Shown piece by piece: positions 9,048 to 16,789 of a DNA stretch of 32,173 bases (position 1 is the stretch's first letter; every line of letters starts with the position of its first letter). Source of the DNA: a virus (lineage: Duplodnaviria > Caudoviricetes); IMG/VR virus record IMGVR_UViG_3300020044_000763, positions 1 to 32,173 of that record; one strand, given 5' to 3'. The notes beneath the pieces are model-generated. The model did no database searches and was not told the origin of the DNA. It saw nothing but the letters and a program-made list of their open reading frames with translations. A program made the translations under genes and the position numbers.

Positions 9048-9410
9048 ATGGCTGATATGTTTCTTAAGAGTGGCGAACAACCTCGCTATTTTGCTTTTAG
9101 TGGTGTGAACTCTACAACCTCTAATCAAGCTTCTTCACCTATCTACAAAGAAAGTCCTTATGGTACTTTCCAAGCTATTGTTACTGGCACAGGTACTGTG
9201 ACTGCAACTGTTGCTGTTCAAGTGTCTAATGAAACTGCTACATTTAATGGTACTAAGTCTAATTGGATTACTATGGGTACTATTACACTAAGCGGCACAA
9301 CTACATCTACAGATGGTTTTACTACTATTTGTCCTTGGCGATATGTTCGTGTTAACGTAACTAACGTTACTGGTACTAATGCAACTGCTGAAATCATAAT
9401 GGGTGTGTAA
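9048..9410 (+). CDS. Putative virion structural protein (beta-rich)
   Basis: 120 aa Thr-rich; GGGAG RBS; TFQAIVTG...VQVSN...WITMGTITL...WRYVRVNVT pattern. Confidence 0.7.
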   Translation: MADMFLKSGEQPRYFAFSGVNSTTSNQASSPIYKESPYGTFQAIVTGTGTVTATVAVQVSNETATFNGTKSNWITMGTITLSGTTTSTDGFTTICPWRYVRVNVTNVTGTNATAEIIMGV

Positions 9411-9412
9411 CT

Positions 9413-9601
9413 ATGTCAGTAACTACTACAAACTTTTATGGAGCTTATGACAATCCTGGAAGTGTAGACATTACTTTGTATGGCGTAGCTACAGATTTAT
9501 ATGGTGTCACTACATACCCAATCGTACCCGTAGAAGAAAAACTGTTGATGGAAACAGGTGACGCATTGTTGCAAGAAAATAATGGTTATATTCTGTTGTA
9601 A
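9413..9601 (+). CDS. Small virion protein ending in an LLxExGDxLLxE motif
   Basis: 62 aa; three [FL]YG[AV] mini-repeats; C-terminal LLMETGDALLQENNGYILL. Confidence 0.65.
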   Translation: MSVTTTNFYGAYDNPGSVDITLYGVATDLYGVTTYPIVPVEEKLLMETGDALLQENNGYILL

Positions 9602-9613
9602 TTTAGGACACAT

Positions 9614-9898
9614 ATGGCTTCAACTGTATTTGTAACTGGAACTGTTATTGAAGCTCCTTGGCTCAATGACGTTAATGAGTATGTGTATGCCCCACAACAA
9701 GTGTGGGAAACTACAGCTACGTCTGGGCAAACAGTTTTTAATCTTCCCTTCTCATATACTGTTGGAACTAAAAGGTTAGTTGTGTATATCAACGGAGTTA
9801 AACAATCTTTTACATCTAGTTATGTAGAAACCAATCCCACAACTGTTACTTTCACAGCAGCTGTTCCTGTTACAGCTAAAGTAGAATTTGCTTATTAA
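9614..9898 (+). CDS. Putative fibre adaptor, paralog 1 (WLNDVN + ATSGQT domain)
   Basis: AGGA RBS; about 53 of 95 positions identical to 14963..15250 by manual alignment. Confidence 0.75.
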   Translation: MASTVFVTGTVIEAPWLNDVNEYVYAPQQVWETTATSGQTVFNLPFSYTVGTKRLVVYINGVKQSFTSSYVETNPTTVTFTAAVPVTAKVEFAY

Positions 9899-9911
9899 GT
9901 AAGGAATAAAC

Positions 9912-10457
9912 ATGGCTAATACAAAAATTTCTGCACTAACCGCTGCATCTACACCAGTTGCAGGAACAGAAGTCTTGCCTATTGTTCAAAGTGGTTCAAC
10001 AGTAAAGCTGGCTATCTCTGACATTACCCCAGGTCTTAGCACTATCACAGTGCTTAAAGGCGGTACAGGCGTTACGACTTCTACAGGTACAGGCTCAGTA
10101 GTTTTAAACTCTGCCCCTGCCCTTACAAACCCAACAATTACCAACTACGTTGAAACACCTTATTCTGCCAACAGTTCAACTGCCATTACTTTGGCTTTGA
10201 CTAACGGCACTGTGCAGATCATTACCTTGACAGGTACTTGCACAATCACCATGCCTACGGCAGTAAGTGGTAAGTCATTTATGTTGTTGCTTAAAACTGG
10301 TGCAGGTGCTTATACAGTCACTTGGTCAACAGTCCAGTGGCCTAGTGGCACTGCACCCACCCTGACAGCTACGGCAAGCAAGATGGACAAGTTTGTGTTC
10401 ACAAGTGATGGCACAAACTGGTACGGATCAGTTGCTGGTCAGAACTACTCTGTCTAA
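9912..10457 (+). CDS. Tail fibre-like protein
   Basis: MANTKISALT...EVLPIVQSGSTVK N-terminus, GGTG fibre motif, C-terminal beta domain ending F.SDGTNWYG; TAAGGA RBS. Confidence 0.75.
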   Translation: MANTKISALTAASTPVAGTEVLPIVQSGSTVKLAISDITPGLSTITVLKGGTGVTTSTGTGSVVLNSAPALTNPTITNYVETPYSANSSTAITLALTNGTVQIITLTGTCTITMPTAVSGKSFMLLLKTGAGAYTVTWSTVQWPSGTAPTLTATASKMDKFVFTSDGTNWYGSVAGQNYSV

Positions 10458-10465
10458 GGGTAAAT

Positions 10466-12364
10466 ATGTTTTCAGCTAATACGTCACAAGTCGCTGCGGG
10501 TGCGGGTGCGGTTAACTACATTGAGGATGTGTTTAGCACATACCTTTACACAGGCAATGGCTCTACACAGACCATTACCAATGGCATTGACTTGTCTACT
10601 AAGGGTGGCTTAGTTTGGGCTAAACAGCGCAACGGTGTAACTTACCATCAACTGAGAGATACGGTTAGAGGAGGGGGTTTAGAACTATATTCAAACGATA
10701 CATCAGGGCAACTTGGTTCTTCTGCCGCATATACGTTTCTTTCAACTGGGTATAGCATTGGTGGAAATGATGACATCAATTTAAACACCCAGACCTACGC
10801 CTCATGGACATTCCGCAAGCAACCAAAGTTCTTTGATGTTGTGACGTTTACGACAGCGTCAAATGGGTCGGCAACTGTTAGCCATGCGTTAGGCAGTACA
10901 CCAGCTTTTGTTATCGTAAAAAGAACTGATAGCACAGGACTATGGTTTTGTTGGCATACATCCTTGCCATCAACAAATTATTATTTATTTTTAAACACAA
11001 CAAGCGCACAAACCAATAGTGGCGGCACTTGGTTAACTCCATCAAGTACCCAAGTTTCTTTTCCAAGTAATACTTCAACTGGTGCATTAGATTCAAGCGC
11101 AAATTATGTGATGTATGTCTATGCAAGCAACGCAGGAGGCTTTGGTCTGACTGGTACAGACAATGTGATTTCGTGTGGGTCTGTTGCTGTAACTGGTTCA
11201 GCTCAAAGTGTAAGTCTTGGTTATGAGCCTCAATGGATTTTGTGGAGAAAATCTAGTGGCTCAGATAGCTGGTGGATGTTTGACACCATGCGGGGCTTGG
11301 TTGTTGATAATGCGTCAGGAACTGGTGATAAATATTTATATGCCAATTCATCAGCTGCGGAAGCAGGAACTTACGGCATTGACCCAACTGCCACAGGATT
11401 TAATTTAGCCGCTGGATGGGGTGCTGGAGATTACATCTACATAGCCATTCGCAGAGGCCCGATGGCAGTGCCTACTGTGGGGACTAGTGTGTTTGCGCCT
11501 AATGCCTATTCTGGTACTGGTGTTGACACAACAATCACATCTACTGGTTTTGCACCTGATTTGTTTTTCTCAAAAGCAAGGTCATTTGATAGCCTTTATT
11601 TAAACGTAATGGTTGATAGGTTGCGTGGAGCTAGTCAGTTTCTTGTTCCAACAAACACAATTGCAGAAACTGTAGGCACTAACGTAGTTTTGTCGCTCAA
11701 TATGAATGGCGTAACACTTGGTAGTGGGAGTAATGCTAATAGTGGCACAGTAACTTATGCTCAATGGAACTTTAAAAGAGCGCCATCGTTTATGGATGTG
11801 GTTTGCTTTACTGATGACGGAACTGGTACTCTAGCTGTAAAACACAATCTTGGTGTAACTCCTGAATTGCAAATCGTAAAAGTACGAAGCAATGCACAAA
11901 ATTGGCCTGTTTACATAACTTCAGGAACTTTAAGTTTAAAATTAAATCTTACAGATGCAGCAGGTAGTCAGTCTTTAAGTCCAACATCTACTCAATTTAC
12001 TGCGCCTGGTTATTCTGCTGGTTGGACTGTAGTTTCGTACCTATTTGCTACTTGTGCAGGTGTTTCCAAAGTAGGCTCATACACAGGTACAGGAACAACA
12101 CTTCAAATTGATTGTGGATTTACAGGTGGTGCTAGGTTTGTTCTTATCAAGCGTACTGATTCAACTGGTGACTGGTATGTATGGGACACAGCTAGAGGCA
12201 TCGTGTCAGGCAATGACCCTTACTTGCTCTTAAACAGTACAGCAGCAGAAGTAACAAACACCGACTACATTGACACATACAGCGCAGGGTTTGAGATTAG
12301 TTCAACTGCGCCATCTGCCATCAATGCAAGTGGTGGTAGTTTTATCTTTTTGGCTATATCGTAA
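10466..12364 (+). CDS. Repeat-built tail/receptor-binding protein (YTGNG-type repeats)
   Basis: Six units of about 100 aa beginning FSTYLYTGNG, FDVVTFT, ISCGSV, FAPNAYSGTG, MDVVCFT, SKVGSYTGTG, each with P..V..K-like and L.LN.T.A-like motifs. Confidence 0.75.
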   Translation: MFSANTSQVAAGAGAVNYIEDVFSTYLYTGNGSTQTITNGIDLSTKGGLVWAKQRNGVTYHQLRDTVRGGGLELYSNDTSGQLGSSAAYTFLSTGYSIGGNDDINLNTQTYASWTFRKQPKFFDVVTFTTASNGSATVSHALGSTPAFVIVKRTDSTGLWFCWHTSLPSTNYYLFLNTTSAQTNSGGTWLTPSSTQVSFPSNTSTGALDSSANYVMYVYASNAGGFGLTGTDNVISCGSVAVTGSAQSVSLGYEPQWILWRKSSGSDSWWMFDTMRGLVVDNASGTGDKYLYANSSAAEAGTYGIDPTATGFNLAAGWGAGDYIYIAIRRGPMAVPTVGTSVFAPNAYSGTGVDTTITSTGFAPDLFFSKARSFDSLYLNVMVDRLRGASQFLVPTNTIAETVGTNVVLSLNMNGVTLGSGSNANSGTVTYAQWNFKRAPSFMDVVCFTDDGTGTLAVKHNLGVTPELQIVKVRSNAQNWPVYITSGTLSLKLNLTDAAGSQSLSPTSTQFTAPGYSAGWTVVSYLFATCAGVSKVGSYTGTGTTLQIDCGFTGGARFVLIKRTDSTGDWYVWDTARGIVSGNDPYLLLNSTAAEVTNTDYIDTYSAGFEISSTAPSAINASGGSFIFLAIS

Positions 12365-12373
12365 GGAATTACC

Positions 12374-12871
12374 ATGCAAATCAGAATTCAATCAACAGGC
12401 GCAGTCATGTACGAAGCAGAATTTCGTGCATTACACCCCAACACTTCAATGCCACAACAGTTGTCAGAAGAACTTTTAAACGAGTTTGGTGCTGACGTAG
12501 TGTTTGAAGGCCCACAGGCTACTGGTGGCACTGTCTATCAATACTCACAACGCCAAGGTGTTGAGCAGATTGATGGAAAATGGTACACAAAGTACATCCT
12601 TGGCCCTGTGTTTACAGACACTACAGATGAGACTGGCAATGTCACATCTGCTGCTGACAATGAGGCTGCTTACAAGGCTCAGAAGGATACCGAGCAGGCC
12701 AAGTCTGTACGCACCACACGCGACACCAAGCTGGCTGAGACTGATTGGAGATTTCGCAGTGACATGACACCCTCACAAGAGTGGAAAGACTACTGCCAAG
12801 CATTGCGGGATGTACCTACACAAGAAGGTTTCCCTTGGACAATCGTGTGGCCTACACAACCTACGGAGTAA
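12374..12871 (+). CDS. Tail fibre assembly chaperone-like protein
   Basis: C-terminal R..RD.KLAETDW...W..Y.QALRDVP.Q.GFP..I.WP signature; follows a fibre gene. Confidence 0.8.
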   Translation: MQIRIQSTGAVMYEAEFRALHPNTSMPQQLSEELLNEFGADVVFEGPQATGGTVYQYSQRQGVEQIDGKWYTKYILGPVFTDTTDETGNVTSAADNEAAYKAQKDTEQAKSVRTTRDTKLAETDWRFRSDMTPSQEWKDYCQALRDVPTQEGFPWTIVWPTQPTE

Positions 12872-12874
12872 AAC

Positions 12875-14692
12875 ATGGCACTTACAAAAGTTTCCTATTC
12901 GATGATTAATGGTGCTCCAGTCAATGTACTGGACTTTGGTGCTGACCCAACAGGTGTAGCTGATAGCCAACCAGCAATTCAAGCAGCAATCAATTCTGGT
13001 GCTGTAGAAATTATTATTCCTTCTGGCACATACCGATTAAATTCTGGTTTAACAATCAATAAGAATGACGCTGTAAGAAAGATCAGTGGATTTGACATGT
13101 CTACAACTTTGAAGTTGTACACAGCTACTACAGCATCTATTTTTAATATTCAGTATGTTGCACCGCAACCTGAGACTAAACAGTTTTTTAACATTGAGAA
13201 TTTAATTCTTACATCTAACGGCACAAAAGCTGACGCATTTGCAACATACGGCATTTTGTCTACTGGTACGTCTTACGCCCAATTCAACAACATCCGTGCG
13301 ACTAACTTTAGTGGTTCTGGTTGTGAAATAAAAGGTTGTGTTTATGTTGGCATTGATAACTACACTGCTGGCGAATGTAATTATGGTTTAAGTTTTGAAC
13401 TTAATTTAGGCGTTGCTTGCACATCAGTAACAGTTAATCGTGCTTATGTGTCTGGTTGTTTGCGTGGCATTACACAAACTAATGCAAATAACATGACGTA
13501 CATTAATTGCGTCATTGAGTACAGCGGCAGTAGCACAACAACCAATGGTGCGTTCCACCTTGCGGGTGGTATGGCTGAAATTATTACGCCCTACTTTGAA
13601 CAAAATGGACGTAACTTTGTAAGTATTGAAGCTACACCAGTTATCAGAGCACCCTATGGTTGGACAAGTGGCACTGCAGCTAACGTCTTTATCTTTACAG
13701 CTGTAGCGTTTCCTGAACGTGGTGTAACGCTTCAGTATCCTTACAACTTGTATTTACCAAGGATCAATGCAGATATCTCATCTAATCGTGATCTAGTCAT
13801 CGGTGAAAATGTAACTGTACCTGTAGCTGGTGGTAGCGTTATCTTTGGTAACGAAACTATGTATTCCCAAAATGGGTTTATTACCAATGGTGCTTGGACA
13901 ACAACATATACAATTCCTGCATCTGAGAGCACAGGATCAGCAGCTAACTCTAAAGCACTGTATGAATATACATGTTATGCAGGTGCAGCCGATTTAAGTA
14001 CTGGGTTTGATGCGGGTACTATTATGAATGGTACTTTGCGTAGCTACTCTGGTACAACTCCAGCATGGTTACGATTAGTAGGCGGTAACTTAGCAACAGT
14101 AGCTATTACAGGTACTGCAGGTCAGTTTAGTTGCACATCTTCAACATTAACTGTTGGTATGGCTGTAACAATTTCTGGCACTTATGGCGGTACAGGTTCT
14201 ATCACAGGCTACACTGATCCTAAAACCTATTACATCATTACTACAAACGGCACGACAACATTCACTTTGTCTAGCACTTACAACACGGGTACTTTGTCCA
14301 CAGTTGCGATTACTGGAACTGCTGGACAATTTAGCTGTGCTGCTACTACATTGACTGTAGGTGCAACTATAACTATCTCAGGTACTTATGGTGGTACTGG
14401 AACAATCTCAGGTTATAGCAACCCAACAACGTACTACATCATTGCTACAAATGGAAGTACAACGTTTACCTTATCTGCTATTGCTGGTGGATCACCTATA
14501 ACCACAACAGCAGGAACACCTACAGGTCTAACATATACATGTGGTAACGTGGGTTTAACAACTACGGCAGGTACTCCTACAGGTTTGACTTACACCATTC
14601 CTAGTTATGTTCAAATGAATGTTACTAGTAGCAGCTATGGCTTAACGTATAAGATTATTATGCGTAGAGTTTACCCAGGCATTGCTGTTTAA
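12875..14692 (+). CDS. Tailspike, pectate lyase-like beta-helix (putative depolymerase) with nested C-terminal repeat domains
   Basis: VNVLDFGADPTGVADS..AIQAAIN...IIIPSGTY start of a pectate-lyase-3-type domain, beta-helix-like body, duplicated domain at 14090-14596. Confidence 0.85.
   Translation: MALTKVSYSMINGAPVNVLDFGADPTGVADSQPAIQAAINSGAVEIIIPSGTYRLNSGLTINKNDAVRKISGFDMSTTLKLYTATTASIFNIQYVAPQPETKQFFNIENLILTSNGTKADAFATYGILSTGTSYAQFNNIRATNFSGSGCEIKGCVYVGIDNYTAGECNYGLSFELNLGVACTSVTVNRAYVSGCLRGITQTNANNMTYINCVIEYSGSSTTTNGAFHLAGGMAEIITPYFEQNGRNFVSIEATPVIRAPYGWTSGTAANVFIFTAVAFPERGVTLQYPYNLYLPRINADISSNRDLVIGENVTVPVAGGSVIFGNETMYSQNGFITNGAWTTTYTIPASESTGSAANSKALYEYTCYAGAADLSTGFDAGTIMNGTLRSYSGTTPAWLRLVGGNLATVAITGTAGQFSCTSSTLTVGMAVTISGTYGGTGSITGYTDPKTYYIITTNGTTTFTLSSTYNTGTLSTVAITGTAGQFSCAATTLTVGATITISGTYGGTGTISGYSNPTTYYIIATNGSTTFTLSAIAGGSPITTTAGTPTGLTYTCGNVGLTTTAGTPTGLTYTIPSYVQMNVTSSSYGLTYKIIMRRVYPGIAV
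14090..14596 (+). repeat. Nested protein-level duplication within the tailspike
   Basis: L.TVAITGTAGQFSC..TLTVG...TISGTYGGTG.I.GY..P.TYYII.TNG.TTFTLS starts at 14090 and 14294; TTTAGTPTGLTYT ends at 14539 and 14596. Confidence 0.9.
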
Positions 14693-14709
14693 TTTGTACT
14701 TAGTAAACT

Positions 14710-14943
14710 ATGGATTCACAATACCTTATTAACACAGCTTTAGGACTAGGCTTTAGTGTTTTAGGATGGTTTGCTAGGGAGTTGTGGTCTGCTGTTAAAG
14801 AGCTTAAATCTGATTTATCTAAACTACGAGAAGACTTACCTAAGACTTATGTAGCTAAAGATGATTACCGAGATGATCTTAATGAAATTAAGAATATGCT
14901 AGGTAAAATTTTTGATAAGTTAGACAACAAACAAGATAAGTAA
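14710..14943 (+). CDS. Small membrane-anchored coiled-coil protein
   Basis: One N-terminal hydrophobic helix (LINTALGLGFSVLGWFA) then coiled coil ending IFDKLDNKQDK. Confidence 0.75.
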   Translation: MDSQYLINTALGLGFSVLGWFARELWSAVKELKSDLSKLREDLPKTYVAKDDYRDDLNEIKNMLGKIFDKLDNKQDK

Positions 14944-14962
14944 TTGTTACTAGGAACACGTT

Positions 14963-15250
14963 ATGGCAAGTACATACTTTATTGACAACACTACTCCCAT
15001 TGTTTCTGCTTGGCTTAACGATGTAAACAATTACGTTTACCAAGGAAAACAACGAGGTACAGTTGTAGCCACATCAGGTCAAACTTTGTTTACAGTTCCT
15101 TTTTCCTATACTGTTGGAGCTAATACTCTAGATGTATATGTCAATGGTGTAAGACAAATACTTGGTACTAGTTATTTTGAAAATACGACTACTTCTGTTG
15201 TATTTAATTCTGCTGTTCCCGTCACTGCTGTAGTTGAATTCATAGGATAA
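14963..15250 (+). CDS. Putative fibre adaptor, paralog 2 (WLNDVN + ATSGQT domain)
   Basis: Paralog of 9614..9898; AGGA RBS. Confidence 0.75.
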   Translation: MASTYFIDNTTPIVSAWLNDVNNYVYQGKQRGTVVATSGQTLFTVPFSYTVGANTLDVYVNGVRQILGTSYFENTTTSVVFNSAVPVTAVVEFIG

Positions 15251-15253
15251 AAC

Positions 15254-15601
15254 ATGGAACAAATCATTGCCTTATTGTTTTTAGATCGCACTCTTGCACA
15301 TCTAGAACACCTTCGTACTAAAAGTTATTCTCAACATGTAGCTTTAAACACTTTTTATGATGAAGTTGTTGACTTAGCAGATAAACTTGCTGAAGCTTAC
15401 CAAGGTTACGATGAGGTAATGCAAAACATACCTGTACTTAATCACAGTGGTAAGGGCAAGATTGAGGACATTTTAGGACAACACGTTTTAGAAATTGAAA
15501 AGTTTCGTAAAACTTGTGACCTTAGTGCAATTCAAAACATCATTGATGAAATTGTTGGGTTGTATTTGTCCACTATTTATAAGCTGCGTAACTTGAGCTA
15601 A
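15254..15601 (+). CDS. Dps/ferritin-like four-helix protein (DUF5856-like)
   Basis: AHLEHLRTKSYSQHVALNTFYDEVVDLADKLAEAYQG resembles the Dps H-x11-H..D..E pattern; ends YKLRNLS. Confidence 0.7.
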   Translation: MEQIIALLFLDRTLAHLEHLRTKSYSQHVALNTFYDEVVDLADKLAEAYQGYDEVMQNIPVLNHSGKGKIEDILGQHVLEIEKFRKTCDLSAIQNIIDEIVGLYLSTIYKLRNLS

Positions 15602-15606
15602 ATGCC

Positions 15607-16020
15607 ATGTCTTACAAACCTAGGTGGGATAACGGAGGTTGGAAGGTTATCTGCGATGTTTGTGGTCGTTTGTTTAAAGAGCACGACTTACAAAAGCGTT
15701 GGGACGGAGTTATGGTCTGTTCTGGCGATTGGGAACCTAGACAGCCTCAAGACTTTGTACGTGGTGTAGCAGATAAACAAGCACCCCCTTGGGCTAGACC
15801 AGAAGCTTCAGACAAGTTTTTATTTGTTTGTACTCCCATTACTTCTCAAGGTATAGCTGACTATGGACAAGCAGATTGTGCTAGAGCAGGTATAGACAAT
15901 GGGTATCGTCCTGTGTGTACTATGGAAGGCTCAATAGCTGTGCCTCCTACTGCTATTGCAGGTTGTGCTGTAGCAGGTAAACTATACCCTGGATTAAACG
16001 ACTTTTTGACTGGTGGATAA
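15607..16020 (+). CDS. Cys-rich putative virion protein
   Basis: CDVCG...WDGVMVC..DWEPRQPQDF domain plus two C-terminal CT-x14-CAxAG repeats; directly before the head-tail adaptor. Confidence 0.7.
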   Translation: MSYKPRWDNGGWKVICDVCGRLFKEHDLQKRWDGVMVCSGDWEPRQPQDFVRGVADKQAPPWARPEASDKFLFVCTPITSQGIADYGQADCARAGIDNGYRPVCTMEGSIAVPPTAIAGCAVAGKLYPGLNDFLTGG

Positions 16021-16022
16021 TC

Positions 16023-16787
16023 ATGAGTTCTACGTACACAGTTACACGAGATCAAATTATTACCCTAGCTTTACGTAAACTAGGTGTTATTGAGATTGGT
16101 GCTACTCCTGATGCAGAGACTATAGCTAATGCTTCTATGTCTTTTAATCTGCTAATTAAACAAATGAGCACAGACGGACTTAAGCTTTGGAAAATATCTG
16201 AACTTATTATTCCTCTTGTTAATAATCAAACTTCGTACATTCTTGGTGGCTCTACATCTGTATTGATGTATGACTCTCTTAATCCTACTGTAGCTATTAC
16301 AGATAGACCACTAAAGGTTATTCAAGGATTTTATCGTAATCTCCAAAACACACCGCCAATTGATGTGCCTGTGATGGTTATCTCTAAACAGGAATACAAC
16401 ATCTTAGGTTCTAAACAGTCTACTGGTGTTGCTAATACTATCTTTTATGATCCACGTAAACTAAATGGTGTGTTATATGTGTATTTAACACCTAATCTTT
16501 ACACCCAAACTAACTTACAAATGCATCTTATTGCTCAAATGCCATTAGATGATTTGACCACTGCTTTAGGTGTACCAGACTTTCCAAATGAATGGATGAA
16601 TTGTTTGGTGTGGAATCTTGCAGATCAATTGTCTATGGAATATGGTGTACCCATGAACGCTAGACAAGAGATTGCTTTACGAGCTGCAGCCTATAAAGCT
16701 CAACTAGTTGATTGGGATGTTGAAGCCTCTAGCACATTCTTCTCTCCTGACTATCGTTCTATAAGTAGCAATTCTTACGGACGTTAA
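16023..16787 (+). CDS. Head-to-tail adaptor (P22 gp4 / tail tubular A-like)
   Basis: II.LALRKLGV N-terminus, DFP.EW..CLVWNLA.QL..EYG motif; directly before the nozzle gene. Confidence 0.75.
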   Translation: MSSTYTVTRDQIITLALRKLGVIEIGATPDAETIANASMSFNLLIKQMSTDGLKLWKISELIIPLVNNQTSYILGGSTSVLMYDSLNPTVAITDRPLKVIQGFYRNLQNTPPIDVPVMVISKQEYNILGSKQSTGVANTIFYDPRKLNGVLYVYLTPNLYTQTNLQMHLIAQMPLDDLTTALGVPDFPNEWMNCLVWNLADQLSMEYGVPMNARQEIALRAAAYKAQLVDWDVEASSTFFSPDYRSISSNSYGR

Positions 16788-16789
16788 GC

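Noticed and set aside
14090-14596. Tailspike repeats as a diversity-generating retroelement template/variable pair or an invertible segment
   Set aside because: Differences are mostly synonymous and not adenine-specific, both copies are in frame in one gene, and no reverse transcriptase or invertase is in the window.
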